This document shows, piece by piece, positions 15,807-25,814 of a stretch of DNA of 33,131 nt. A program made the position numbers and the translations under genes. Numbering within the stretch: the stretch's first letter is position 1; each line of letters opens with the position of its first letter. The stretch is from Acidimicrobiales bacterium (GTDB lineage: Bacteria > Actinomycetota > Acidimicrobiia > Acidimicrobiales > Ilumatobacteraceae). Below the pieces are notes generated by a model. The model worked only from the letters and a program-made list of their open reading frames with translations. It did no database searches and had not been told where the DNA came from. The stretch is taken from NCBI GenBank assembly GCA_030830415.1, contig JAURNB010000056.1:1-33131 (forward strand), given 5' to 3'.

Positions 15807-17485
15807 GCACGAATGCATCTGTGAGCACATCAAACGTACGCATTTATTTTTTAGGTGGGTTAGGCGAAATTGGCCGTAACTGCATGGCGGTCGAGCAAGA
15901 TAATGAAATTTTGCTCATCGACTGCGGTCTCATGTTTCCCGACCCCGACATGCACGGAATCGACCTTGTATTGCCCGACTTCACTTGGCTGCGCGAAAAT
16001 GCCGAGCGCATTGTGGGATGCGTGGCAACACACGGACACGAAGACCATGTAGGTGGGCTGCAGTTCTTGTTGCGTGAAATGTCGTTTCCGTTATACGGAT
16101 CTGCCGTCACGCTAGGGCTTGCTCGTAATCGCATTGAAGAAGCAGGGCTCTTAGGAAAAACTTCACTCAATGTGGTGCGCGATGGCGAAATTCGTCGCAT
16201 TGGCCCATTCGATGTTGAATTCATTCCGGTCACACACTCTGTTCCACATGCGCATGCCATTGCGTTACACACCGCGCAAGGCGTGGTGTTGCATTCCGGC
16301 GACTTCAAGCTCGACCTCACTCCAGTTGATGGTCGTCGTACCGACCTTGCCCGATTGGGTTCATTGGCGCACAACGGCGGCATTCGGTTGCTCATGGCCG
16401 ACAGCACCAACGCTGAAGAAAAGGGTCATGCACCTAGCGAGAGCGATGTTGGCGCCGTCTTGCGCGCATTGTTTGCCGAGAACCGCACGAAGCGCATTAT
16501 CACCGCAAGTTTCGCCAGCCATATTCACCGCGTTCAACAAATTGCTGAAGCAGCTATTGCCAGCGGGCGCGTGGTGGCAACAATGGGGCGCTCCATGCAA
16601 AACAATGTGCGCATGGCACGCGACTTGGGGTTATTGAACATTCCCGATAAGGCCCTTGTTGATATTGCGAAGATCAATGACTATGCACCAGAAAAAGTGT
16701 GCATCATTTCAACAGGTTCACAAGGTGAACCAATGGCAGCACTGTCTCTTTTGGCACGCGGCGATAACAAGTGGATCAAAGTAGGTGAGGACGACGTAGT
16801 CATTTTGTCGAGCCACCCGATTCCAGGAAATGAAATGCACGTGGGCCGAGTGATCGACGGCTTGCTGCGTTCCGGAGCAGAAGTGGTGCACTCGGGCATC
16901 GTCGATGTGCATGCAACAGGTCATGCACAGGCCGATGACTTGAAGACCTATATGAATGTCACCCAACCTGAATGGTTCATTCCCATTCATGGTGAGTTCC
17001 GCCACATGATGGCAAATGCCAAATTGGCACGAACCATGGGTGTGCATCCACGCAATGTGGTGATGTGTGAAGACGGAGTGGTTGTTGAACTTTCTGCTGA
17101 AGGCGTGCAACATGTTGGTCGCATTCCTGCCGGTTATCTGTATGTCGATGGCGTGGTGGGCGACGTGGGCCAAGGCGTCTTGCGTGACCGCAAGGTTCTT
17201 GCAGAAGAAGGCGTAGTTGTTGTTGTAGTCACCATCGACATCGAGTCGGGTGTAGTCATCACTGGTCCAGAAATCATCACTCGTGGATGGGTGTATGCAC
17301 CCGAGGCTGAAGATCTGCTCGACGAAGCATGCGATACCGTTGCGCGCGCAGTCGAGCAAGCACTGCGCGATGGTGGTCGTGATGTTGTAGCTCTTGAGCA
17401 AGTAGTGCGCAAAGCAACTGGCAAATTTGTTGCGGCGCGAACCAAGCGCAAACCGATGATTGTTCCTGTGGTGATGGAAACATAA
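15803..17485 (+). CDS. rnj: Ribonuclease J
   Basis: LGGLGEIGRN, THGHEDHVG, HSGDFK, ADSTNA, TGSQGEP and HATGHA. Start TTG 15803 or GTG 15821. Confidence 0.96.
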   Translation: MSTNASVSTSNVRIYFLGGLGEIGRNCMAVEQDNEILLIDCGLMFPDPDMHGIDLVLPDFTWLRENAERIVGCVATHGHEDHVGGLQFLLREMSFPLYGSAVTLGLARNRIEEAGLLGKTSLNVVRDGEIRRIGPFDVEFIPVTHSVPHAHAIALHTAQGVVLHSGDFKLDLTPVDGRRTDLARLGSLAHNGGIRLLMADSTNAEEKGHAPSESDVGAVLRALFAENRTKRIITASFASHIHRVQQIAEAAIASGRVVATMGRSMQNNVRMARDLGLLNIPDKALVDIAKINDYAPEKVCIISTGSQGEPMAALSLLARGDNKWIKVGEDDVVILSSHPIPGNEMHVGRVIDGLLRSGAEVVHSGIVDVHATGHAQADDLKTYMNVTQPEWFIPIHGEFRHMMANAKLARTMGVHPRNVVMCEDGVVVELSAEGVQHVGRIPAGYLYVDGVVGDVGQGVLRDRKVLAEEGVVVVVVTIDIESGVVITGPEIITRGWVYAPEAEDLLDEACDTVARAVEQALRDGGRDVVALEQVVRKATGKFVAARTKRKPMIVPVVMET

Positions 17486-17490
17486 AACAC

Positions 17491-17997
17491 ATGTCGAAGT
17501 CGAAAAATCTTTTGTGTGTCGTTGTCCTGGCGCTTGTTGCGCTGTCTAGTTGCGGTAGCGACAAAGAAACTTTGCTCGTCAGCGACATCGACGATGCCGT
17601 AGCCGCGGTTGCCAAAGTATTGGGTAAGACACCTGAGTTCTATGAAATCAACGCCACGCCAACCTTGGTGAATCTCTTTGCTGCTGATGGCAAGGGCAAT
17701 GCCGTCAACTTTGTTTACGAAAATGGCGAGTTGGACCAGGAAACCTCTGTAGCGCCAGCTGATGGCGAAAGTTTCCCCGCGGAAGGTATGTCCTTTAACG
17801 GGAAGGTCTTCGCGCGCGTCGAGAAAGAACTGCCCGAATCCATCTTGCGTGCCTTCAGCATCATTGGCGATCATCCCAATGGAGGCGTGCAGTACCGCGT
17901 GGTGCTCCAGTCCGATCGGGGTGGTCAGTTCGCTGTTTTTGTGGAACCCACAGGAAAAATCCTCGGAACCGACGTGATGAGCGGACTCGGCACCTAA
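17491..17997 (+). CDS. Putative lipoprotein of unknown function
   Basis: Basic N-terminus, hydrophobic stretch and lipobox LSS-C21; the C-terminus VFVEPTGKIL is PepSY-like. Confidence 0.7.
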   Translation: MSKSKNLLCVVVLALVALSSCGSDKETLLVSDIDDAVAAVAKVLGKTPEFYEINATPTLVNLFAADGKGNAVNFVYENGELDQETSVAPADGESFPAEGMSFNGKVFARVEKELPESILRAFSIIGDHPNGGVQYRVVLQSDRGGQFAVFVEPTGKILGTDVMSGLGT

Positions 17998-18059
17998 ATA
18001 CTTCTGCTGTAGGGGCGAGAGTCCCCGATGAGGCAAGACCCCATTGGTACCGTAGAAAC

Positions 18060-20474
18060 ATGTCGAAGCAGGCCTCGCGCCCGAAAAAAGCTGCTGCGCA
18101 GCCCACAAAGCGTGCTCAGCCACTGCCTAAGCGCAATGCTGCCCCCATCCGTGAACATGCTGCAGTCAAAGCTGCTGTGGGCGGCCGTGAAAATGAATTC
18201 CTCGGTATCGGCATTGTGGTCGTTGCCGTCTTGGCTGCTTTAGCTATTTATCTCGATGTTGCAGGCCCGCTCGGCGACGCTATTGATACAGGTTTGGGTT
18301 GGCTTGTTGGTTTGGGTCGGTTCTTCTTGCCACCGGCAATTGCGTTGTTGGGTATTGCGCTCATTCGTCGCAACGAATCGGAACATCGCTTACGCGTAGG
18401 CGTCGGTAGCACGCTCATCGTGTTGTCTATCTTTGGCTTGTTGCATCTTGCGCGTGGTGCGGGGCATATGACCGCAAGTGTCGATGCACTGAAGCCTGCA
18501 GGCGGATGGATTGGCGCCATTGTGGGGCAGCCCCTGCGTTCCTTGCTCAGCATTGGTGGGGCAGTTGTGGTTCTTCTCGGAATTCTTCTTGGTGGAATCC
18601 TCATTGCCACAGGTATGTCGCTTCCTTTGTTAGTGAAAAAGCTCAGTGGCGGAGTCAATGTTGTTGCTGTTCCTGCTTCACGTGCGGCAAAGAAAGTAAT
18701 GAACGATATTTCAACAGTGTCAAGCGAACGTGAAGCTGAGAATGCTCGCTTTTTCGACATCGAAGCAGAACAGGCCGAAGAAGATCTTCCTGCACCTGGG
18801 CCAGTCGACAATTCGCATGTTCCCGAGTTCGACCCAGGAGCGCCACGTCCGCCGCTTTACGACATTGAAAAAGATCAACCAAAGCCAGCTCGCAAACCAC
18901 CAGCAGCAAAGAAGCCTGTTGCCGAGCCAGTGGTTGAACAGGAACCAGCTGTAGTTGCAACAAATGGCGACGAGTTGGCTCTTGGGCCAGCAGCACAGCG
19001 TGGTAACTGGAAACTTCCCGCAAAATCGATGTTGTCGAATACTCCGGTGCAAGCAATCGACAAGACAGAAGTAGAAGAACGTGGCCGACTTCTTGAAGAG
19101 TCACTTGCATCTCATGGTGTCGACACCAAACTCGTCGGCATGACCGTGGGTCCAACAGTTACGCGTTACGAATTGGAACTTGGTCCTGGTGTCAAAGTTG
19201 CGCGCGTTACCAGCCTCGACCGCGATATTGCCTACGCAATGGCTGCAACCGATGTGCGTATTCTCGCTCCCATTCCTGGTCGTTCAGCAATTGGTGTTGA
19301 AGTTCCCAACACCACACGGCAACTTGTTTCTCTGGGCGACCTCATTTCTTCAGCTGAAGCAAAAGCAGCAACTCATCCACTCGACGTAGCGGTGGGTAAA
19401 GACATTGCAGGTCGTGCAGTGTTCATCAACTTGGCAACAACTCCTCACTTGCTCATTGCTGGTGCTACGGGTGCAGGTAAGTCGAGTGGATTGAACTGCA
19501 TCATCACCTCGTTGCTCATGCGTAGCACACCCGACCAAGTGCGCCTCATTCTCATCGACCCGAAACAAGTGGAAATGGGTCAATACGGCCGTTTGCCACA
19601 CTTGCTCACTCAGCCAGTAACGAACCCGAAAAAAGCTGCAAACGCTTTGGGTTGGGCAGTGAAAGAAATGGAACGCCGCTACGACTTGCTGGTGGAAGTG
19701 GGCTTCCGTGACATTGGCGGCTACAACGCAGCATTCGACCGTGGTGACCTCATTCCAGAACCAGGTGTAGAAAAAGAATACGAACGTCTGCCGTTCATCG
19801 TGGTGGTGGTCGACGAATTAAACGACCTCATGATGGTTGCTGCGCGCGACGTAGAAGACTCCATCACTCGCATTGCACAAAAGGCACGTGCCGTAGGTAT
19901 TCACCTCATCATCGCTACACAGCGCCCCAGCGTCAACGTCATCACCGGCGTTATTAAGGCCAACATTCCTGCACGTATGGCCTTTGCAGTATCGAGCCTC
20001 ACCGACAGTCGAGTCATCCTCGATCGTCCAGGTGCCGAGAAACTCGTGGGTAAAGGCGACATGTTGCTCTTGCCAGGAAACACCAACATTGCTCAGCGCG
20101 TGCAGGGCTCATGGGTCACCGAAGAAGAAGTGCGTGCCATCGTGGCGCACTGGCGTCGTCAGGCACCAGAAGTGGTCTACGTCAGTGGCATTGAAGGTGA
20201 AGTCACAGCAGGCGGCGGCTCAGGGGTCTATGGCGGCAGTTCTGGCGACGATGGTGACGATGAACTGCTCAAGCAAGCAATGGAGCTCGTGGTGAACGCG
20301 GGTGTTGGCTCAACCTCAATGCTGCAACGCAAACTCAAGGTGGGCTTCGCCCGTGCCGGACGTCTCATGGATCTTTTGGAAGAGCGTGGGGTCGTGGGCC
20401 CAGGTGAAGGTTCCAAGGCTCGTGCAGTACTCATGTCAATAGAGGAATTTGAACTCCTCCAACAAAACGATTAG
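18060..20474 (+). CDS. ftsK: DNA translocase FtsK
   Basis: N-terminal TM domain, PHLLIAGATGAGKS (Walker A), VVVVDE, ATQRPS and a gamma domain STSMLQRKLKVGFARAGRLMD. Confidence 0.97.
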   Translation: MSKQASRPKKAAAQPTKRAQPLPKRNAAPIREHAAVKAAVGGRENEFLGIGIVVVAVLAALAIYLDVAGPLGDAIDTGLGWLVGLGRFFLPPAIALLGIALIRRNESEHRLRVGVGSTLIVLSIFGLLHLARGAGHMTASVDALKPAGGWIGAIVGQPLRSLLSIGGAVVVLLGILLGGILIATGMSLPLLVKKLSGGVNVVAVPASRAAKKVMNDISTVSSEREAENARFFDIEAEQAEEDLPAPGPVDNSHVPEFDPGAPRPPLYDIEKDQPKPARKPPAAKKPVAEPVVEQEPAVVATNGDELALGPAAQRGNWKLPAKSMLSNTPVQAIDKTEVEERGRLLEESLASHGVDTKLVGMTVGPTVTRYELELGPGVKVARVTSLDRDIAYAMAATDVRILAPIPGRSAIGVEVPNTTRQLVSLGDLISSAEAKAATHPLDVAVGKDIAGRAVFINLATTPHLLIAGATGAGKSSGLNCIITSLLMRSTPDQVRLILIDPKQVEMGQYGRLPHLLTQPVTNPKKAANALGWAVKEMERRYDLLVEVGFRDIGGYNAAFDRGDLIPEPGVEKEYERLPFIVVVVDELNDLMMVAARDVEDSITRIAQKARAVGIHLIIATQRPSVNVITGVIKANIPARMAFAVSSLTDSRVILDRPGAEKLVGKGDMLLLPGNTNIAQRVQGSWVTEEEVRAIVAHWRRQAPEVVYVSGIEGEVTAGGGSGVYGGSSGDDGDDELLKQAMELVVNAGVGSTSMLQRKLKVGFARAGRLMDLLEERGVVGPGEGSKARAVLMSIEEFELLQQND

Positions 20475-20497
20475 CACAGCGTCGGTAAGATACTCCC

Positions 20498-21772
20498 GTG
20501 GCATCTCAGTTTTATATTGAAACTCTCGGCTGCCCGAAAAACGAAGTTGACTCTGAAAAAATCATGGGTCTCCTCATTTCTGAGGGCAACACGCAAACCG
20601 ACGATGTGTCGCAGGCCGATGTTGTTGTTGTCAACACGTGTGCATTCATTGAAGAAGCGCGTCGCGAAAGTATCGACACCATCTTGAATCTTTCCGACCA
20701 ACGTAAAGAGGGTTCGCGGCTAGTAGTTACTGGTTGCATGGCAGAGCGCTATGGCGATGAACTTGCTGCAGAACTTCCTGAGGTCGACCAGGTAGCCGGC
20801 TTTGGTGTGTCGGTCACGCTCGGACGCAAACCAGTAGCGCTTGGTGCAACAGCTGTGCCTACCTTCGACTTGTTGAACTTGCCGCGGCCGAAGTCAACTT
20901 CTCCCTGGGCGTATCTTAAAATTGCTGAAGGCTGCGACCGTTCATGTGGGTTCTGCGCCATCCCCTCATTCCGCGGCCCACAACGCAGTCGCGATATCTC
21001 TTCTCTGTTAACAGAAGTAGAACAACTGCAGGCTCGAGAAATTGTTCTGGTTGCTCAAGACCTCGCTAGTTACGGCAAAGATCGCCCCGATGAAATGGGT
21101 GCCGGATCCATTGTTCCGTTGGTCAATTCCGTTGCGTCGTTGGTCGACCGTGTGCGGTTGCTCTACCTCTACCCAAGTGATTTGAGCGACGACCTCATTC
21201 ATGCCATTTTGAATACGGGTGTTCCATACTTCGACTTGTCGCTTCAGCATGTGTCGAAACCGCTGTTGCGCAAAATGCGCAGGTGGGGCGACGGCAACAG
21301 GTTCTTGCAGCGCATCGCCGATATTCGCAAGCTCAACCCCAAAGCAATTTTCCGCAGCAACTTCATTGTTGGCTACCCAGGTGAAACTGAAGCCGACCAC
21401 GACGAAATGTTGCGCTTCATTGAAGAGGCGCAGCTCGATTGGTGCGGTTTTTTCACCTACAGCGCAGAAGATGGCACCTATGCAGTTGACCTGCCCGACC
21501 AAGTGCCCAAAGAACTCATGTTGTTGCGCCATGGTGAACTCCAAGAGATGCAAGATGCCATTACTGCAAGCAAGCGTGACGACGAAATTGGCGAAGTGCA
21601 TCGCGTGCTTGTTGACTCGCCAGGAGTTGGCCGTAGCCATCGTGAAGCGCCAGAAATTGACGGCATTGTGCAGATTCCAGAATCGTGCAAGGTCGGCTCA
21701 TTCGTTAACGTTCGTATTGTCGATGCCATTGGCCCCGACCTCGTGGCTGAACTCGTCACGCCGGACGAATAG
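20498..21772 (+). CDS. rimO: Ribosomal protein S12 methylthiotransferase
   Basis: LGCPKNEVDSE, NTCAFI, GCMAERY, KIAEGCDRSCGFC and APEIDG; ftsK-rimO-pgsA synteny. Confidence 0.94.
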   Translation: MASQFYIETLGCPKNEVDSEKIMGLLISEGNTQTDDVSQADVVVVNTCAFIEEARRESIDTILNLSDQRKEGSRLVVTGCMAERYGDELAAELPEVDQVAGFGVSVTLGRKPVALGATAVPTFDLLNLPRPKSTSPWAYLKIAEGCDRSCGFCAIPSFRGPQRSRDISSLLTEVEQLQAREIVLVAQDLASYGKDRPDEMGAGSIVPLVNSVASLVDRVRLLYLYPSDLSDDLIHAILNTGVPYFDLSLQHVSKPLLRKMRRWGDGNRFLQRIADIRKLNPKAIFRSNFIVGYPGETEADHDEMLRFIEEAQLDWCGFFTYSAEDGTYAVDLPDQVPKELMLLRHGELQEMQDAITASKRDDEIGEVHRVLVDSPGVGRSHREAPEIDGIVQIPESCKVGSFVNVRIVDAIGPDLVAELVTPDE

Positions 21773-21783
21773 AGTAGAAGCGC

Positions 21784-22359
21784 ATGCCAGTAGACCCCAA
21801 CGCCATCGCCACTTGGGCAAATGCTGTCACGGTGATGCGTATTTTGGTGTCACCCATTTTGTTTGCTGTCATTCCTTCCGATTCCAATGGGTCATGGGTG
21901 GCGTGGACGATGTGGTTTGTTCTGTGTGCAAGCGATGGTGTCGACGGATATCTTGCGCGCCGTCATGGTGCTACGCGCTCAGGAGCTTTCCTCGACCCGC
22001 TTGCCGACAAGGTGTTGGTGCTCGGTGCCATGTTTACTCTCGTGAGCCGCGGGCTCTTTCCGCTGTTGCCAGTTGCCATCATCGCAACTCGTGAAGTGCT
22101 CATCAGTGTGTATCGGGTGGTCGCCGGCTCAAAGGGTGTGTCAATTCCAGCAAGCAAGCTGGCGAAGTGGAAAACTTTCGGACAGCAGTTTGCGGTTGCA
22201 TGTGCACTGGCGCCACTTACTGTGAACGATTTCGACTACACGTGGAAAATCTTGTTGTGGTTCTCGGTGCTGCTCACGCTCATTAGTGGTGCCCAGTATG
22301 CGGTGCGTGCGTATCGTGGTCACCAATTCGATGCCAATAGTGCTTCCTCTGCGGCATAA
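21784..22359 (+). CDS. pgsA: CDP-diacylglycerol--glycerol-3-phosphate 3-phosphatidyltransferase
   Basis: DGVDGYLARRHGATRSGAFLDPLADK CDP-alcohol phosphotransferase motif. Confidence 0.92.
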   Translation: MPVDPNAIATWANAVTVMRILVSPILFAVIPSDSNGSWVAWTMWFVLCASDGVDGYLARRHGATRSGAFLDPLADKVLVLGAMFTLVSRGLFPLLPVAIIATREVLISVYRVVAGSKGVSIPASKLAKWKTFGQQFAVACALAPLTVNDFDYTWKILLWFSVLLTLISGAQYAVRAYRGHQFDANSASSAA

Positions 22360-22361
22360 AT

Positions 22362-23615
22362 ATGCGCTGCGACGTTCTCGCTGTTGGTACTGAACTGCTC
22401 CTCGGCCAAATTGTCGATACCAATTCTTCATGGATCGGCGAGCAACTCGCTGCACACGGCATTTCATCGCACTTGCAAGTAAAAGTAGGCGACAACATCG
22501 ACCGCATTGTTGCGGCACTTCGCGCACGGTTAGAAGAAGCTGACGCCGTCATTATGTGCGGCGGTCTTGGGCCAACACACGACGACCTCACGCGTGAAGC
22601 CATTGCACAGGTCATGGGCGTTGAGCTGGAATTTCACGAGAGCATTGCTGAAGTGATTCGAGAGCTCTTTGCCTCACGTGGTCGCACCATGGCGCAGAAC
22701 AATTTGCAACAAGCAATGGTGCCCAAAGGCGCAAGCATCATTCCTCAAACACGTGGTACGGCTCCCGGGCTCATGTGCCCTGTGCTCATGAATGGCAAAA
22801 CCAAAATGGTCTATGCAGTGCCTGGTGTGCCACATGAAATGCACGACATGATGCACCGTGCCATTTTTCCCGACCTTGTGGCGCGCAGTGGAGTGCAAGC
22901 GGTGATTGCCAGCAAGGTATTGCGCACGTGGGGTGAAAGCGAAAGCGGTCTCAACGAGCGCCTCGACGACATCATTGAAGAACTAGAAAACAACCCAAAT
23001 GGTTCTTTACCCACCCTTGCCTTTTTGGCAAGTGGCTGGGAAGGCATCAAGGTGCGTCTCACCGCACGTGCTGCCACGACTCAACAAGTTCAACAAGTGT
23101 TGGCCACTTGGGAAGAGCGTGTGCGCGCAGTAGTGGGTGACATCGTCTTTGGCGTCGACACCGACACCATGGAGTCTGTCGTTCTGCAAACACTGCGTTC
23201 GCATGGCCACACGTTGGCAGTTGCCGAGTCGGTGACAGGTGGTTTGGTCACCGGTCGCCTCACCAACATTGCAGGCGCAAGTGATGTGCTCATGGGTGGG
23301 GTGGTGTCGTATGCATCTGAAGTGAAATACGACGTGTTGCAAGTGCCACGAGGGCCAGTGGTGAGCGGTGAAGCAGCCATCGCAATGGCTCGTGGTGTCA
23401 AGAAGACCTTGCATTCGTCCGTTGGGCTGGCGCTCACCGGGGTCGCTGGTCCTGCCGAGCAGGAAGGCCAGCCCGTGGGAACGTTGTGGGTAGGGGTGTG
23501 CCTTGCCGATGGAAGTGAATATTCACAGCACTTTCGTCTTGCCACAGCTCGCGATCAAATGCGCCAGATGTCGGTCATTACAGCACTCAATTATTTGCGG
23601 CTTCTCTACTTGTAG
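22362..23615 (+). CDS. cinA: Competence/damage-inducible protein A (MocF-like domain + NMN deamidase PncC)
   Basis: VGTELLLGQIVDTNS, GGLGPTHDDLT, PGVPHEM, AESVTGG and TGVAGP. Confidence 0.94.
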   Translation: MRCDVLAVGTELLLGQIVDTNSSWIGEQLAAHGISSHLQVKVGDNIDRIVAALRARLEEADAVIMCGGLGPTHDDLTREAIAQVMGVELEFHESIAEVIRELFASRGRTMAQNNLQQAMVPKGASIIPQTRGTAPGLMCPVLMNGKTKMVYAVPGVPHEMHDMMHRAIFPDLVARSGVQAVIASKVLRTWGESESGLNERLDDIIEELENNPNGSLPTLAFLASGWEGIKVRLTARAATTQQVQQVLATWEERVRAVVGDIVFGVDTDTMESVVLQTLRSHGHTLAVAESVTGGLVTGRLTNIAGASDVLMGGVVSYASEVKYDVLQVPRGPVVSGEAAIAMARGVKKTLHSSVGLALTGVAGPAEQEGQPVGTLWVGVCLADGSEYSQHFRLATARDQMRQMSVITALNYLRLLYL

Positions 23616-23627
23616 ATTATGGGTAAT

Positions 23628-23701
23628 GCCCCCGTAGCTCAGTTGGATAGAGCAACGGACTTCTAATCCGCAGGTCGCATGTTCGATTCATGCCGGGGGC
23701 G
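23628..23701 (+). tRNA. tRNA-Arg(TCT)
   Basis: Acceptor GCCCCCG/CGGGGGC, D arm GCTC-AGTTGGATA-GAGC, anticodon loop CT-TCT-AA, T arm GCATG-TTCGATT-CATGC. CCA is not encoded. Confidence 0.96.
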
Positions 23702-23774
23702 CTCTTTTGCGGTTTTTTCGTGTGCGCCCCATTCCATAGGGGCTTTTGGTCTTCCGTGCTCTATCCTTAGCGCC

Positions 23775-24350
23775 GTGACTGCAGAAGTAATTTTCAAAAA
23801 AGGCGACACGGTCATCTACCCACAGCATGGTGCCTGCATCGTGCATGGAATTAAGAAGATGAAGGCTTTTGGCTCAACCCAGGAGTACCTCATTTTGAAG
23901 ACCGTCATCAATGAAATGACTCTTTCTGTGCCTACATCACGGGCCTCTGAAGTGGGAGTGCGCCCGCCGGTGTCTCCCGACGAACTTGAAGACCTGGTGT
24001 CTGTGCTTTCCAAAGCCGACCCGCGCGTTCCTTCCAACTGGTCACGCCGATTCAAGAACCACCAAGAAAAATTAAAGAGTGGCGACGTTTACCAAGTTGC
24101 AGAAGTAGTGCGCAACCTTGCTGCACGTAACCGCGATGCTTCGTTGTCGGCTGCCGAACGCACCATGTACGACCGCGCTCGCATCAACCTCATCTCGGAA
24201 ATTGCACCAGCTCTGAAGGTGTCAACCGACGATGCAGAAATTTTCCTCGACGAAGCGCTTGCAAAAGGCGTATTGAAGCCTGCGAAAGTAGCGAAGAAGG
24301 CAGCAGCAAAAGCTGAGCCGAAAAAAGTTGAAGAAGACGACGACTTCTAA
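23775..24350 (+). CDS. carD: RNA polymerase-binding transcription factor CarD
   Basis: FKKGDTVIYPQHG, VGVR and NWSRRFK (conserved Trp wedge). GTG 23775 lies 7 nt after TATCCT. Confidence 0.93.
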   Translation: MTAEVIFKKGDTVIYPQHGACIVHGIKKMKAFGSTQEYLILKTVINEMTLSVPTSRASEVGVRPPVSPDELEDLVSVLSKADPRVPSNWSRRFKNHQEKLKSGDVYQVAEVVRNLAARNRDASLSAAERTMYDRARINLISEIAPALKVSTDDAEIFLDEALAKGVLKPAKVAKKAAAKAEPKKVEEDDDF

Positions 24351-24356
24351 AAATCT

Positions 24357-24917
24357 TTAGCGCTGTATCTCGCGTACAGGTGCTGTGCCATCCCAATTGG
24401 TGTGAGCTTCGCGAATCATTTTGTAGAAACCAAGTAGCCCTGCGCTTTCTTGGTACAGCTCCCAGTAATGACCGCGTTGCTCTACGTCGTCAATGAACAC
24501 AAATGTTGTTGCACCTGCTTGTGCGCTTTGAGCCACAACTTTTCCAGCGTCCGCCGCTCGTTGTAAAGCAACATCAAGATTCGGCACGATGCACGCCATG
24601 TGGTGCAGTCCGTATGTGCCTGGGCTGAAGCGTTCGGTGACTGCCGTAAGGCCGGCATTGTGCTGACAAAAAAGTTCCACCATCACAGAACCCCACCACC
24701 CGTATGCAGATGTGTGGTCGAAGGCTGAGGGTGTACCGCGGTGCGTCACGTTGGTGACGGGAATGTGGCGATTAATGAAAAAAGGGCCCGCGCCGAAATG
24801 TTGTGCCCACTCAAGAGCCGCAGTTTCGGGGTCTTCCACCACATAGGCAATTTGCACAACTGGGCCGAAGTCGGCGCCATGAAGTGGGTGAGAGGCGGGT
24901 GCAGAGTTCTGTGTCAC
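24357..24917 (-). CDS. VOC (glyoxalase-like) family protein
   Basis: VQIAYVVED, MVELF, GLHHMAC and YWELY metal-ligand pattern. Confidence 0.8.
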   Translation of the reverse strand: MTQNSAPASHPLHGADFGPVVQIAYVVEDPETAALEWAQHFGAGPFFINRHIPVTNVTHRGTPSAFDHTSAYGWWGSVMVELFCQHNAGLTAVTERFSPGTYGLHHMACIVPNLDVALQRAADAGKVVAQSAQAGATTFVFIDDVEQRGHYWELYQESAGLLGFYKMIREAHTNWDGTAPVREIQR

Positions 24918-24944
24918 CTTGTCAGCCTGCCAAACTAAGTGCCT

Positions 24945-25814
24945 ATGGCACGCATCGGATTTGTTGGATTAGGCGTAATGGGATTCCCTATGGCAGGGCA
25001 CTTGGTGAAAGCTGGGCATGAAGTCACCGTGTTCAACCGCAACCCGGCGCGCGCCCAGGCGTGGACAGAAGCCTTCGCTGGAAAATCTGTTGCCACTCCT
25101 CGCGAAGTGGGAGCTATATGCGATGTGGTGATGTTGTGTGTGGGTAACGACAACGATGTGCGCAGTGTGATGACGGGCGCAGATGGCGTACTTGCAGGAA
25201 TGGTTGCTGGGGGAATTGTGGTCGACCACACCACGACGTCGGCTGAACTTGCTCGCGAGATGGCGGCACTGTGCACAACGCGCCAGGTGGGCTTTGTCGA
25301 TGCACCAGTTTCTGGTGGCCAGGCAGGTGCGGTAAATGGTGTGTTGAGCGTGATGTGCGGTGCCAACGACGTGGCTGTGTACAACACTGCTCGCGAAGTA
25401 GTGATGGCGTATGCAAAAGCATGTGAACGCTTGGGCGAGGCGGGTGCTGGGCAGCTCGCCAAAATGGTGAATCAAATCTGCATTGCAGGAATGGTGCAAG
25501 CGCTTTCTGAAGGAATCAACTTTGCTCAGGCTGCTGGTCTTGATGTGGAACAACTGGTGTCGGTTATCTCTCAAGGCGCCGCGAGCTCTTGGCAAATGGT
25601 GAATAGGTCATCAACGATGGCACGTAATGAATTCGACTTTGGTTTTGCTGTCGAGTGGATGCGTAAAGACTTGGGTTTTTGCATAGATGAAGCGCAACGC
25701 AACGGGGCGTCACTGCCTGTTACTACTCTCGTTGATTCTTATTACGCCGAGGTGGAAGCTCGTGGTGGAAAACGCTGGGATACCAGCAGTTTGATTTCGC
25801 TTCTACGGAAGTAG
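24945..25814 (+). CDS. NAD(P)-dependent beta-hydroxyacid dehydrogenase (3-hydroxyisobutyrate / tartronate semialdehyde reductase family)
   Basis: GFVGLGVMG, FVDAPVSGG, AKMVNQ and MRKDL. Confidence 0.9.
   Translation: MARIGFVGLGVMGFPMAGHLVKAGHEVTVFNRNPARAQAWTEAFAGKSVATPREVGAICDVVMLCVGNDNDVRSVMTGADGVLAGMVAGGIVVDHTTTSAELAREMAALCTTRQVGFVDAPVSGGQAGAVNGVLSVMCGANDVAVYNTAREVVMAYAKACERLGEAGAGQLAKMVNQICIAGMVQALSEGINFAQAAGLDVEQLVSVISQGAASSWQMVNRSSTMARNEFDFGFAVEWMRKDLGFCIDEAQRNGASLPVTTLVDSYYAEVEARGGKRWDTSSLISLLRK

Noticed and set aside
23655..23671. A-C mismatch at the top of the tRNA anticodon stem as a sign of a pseudo-tRNA
   Set aside because: A 27-43 mismatch is tolerated in functional tRNAs, and all other arms are intact.
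23679..23774. ORF-track N-terminal extension of CarD
   Set aside because: It overlaps the tRNA; homology and a -10 box point to GTG 23775.
23628..23775. tRNA-Arg(TCT) as an integration site for an island
   Set aside because: No integrase is present, I saw no duplicate of the tRNA 3' end, and the flanks are the core genes cinA and carD.
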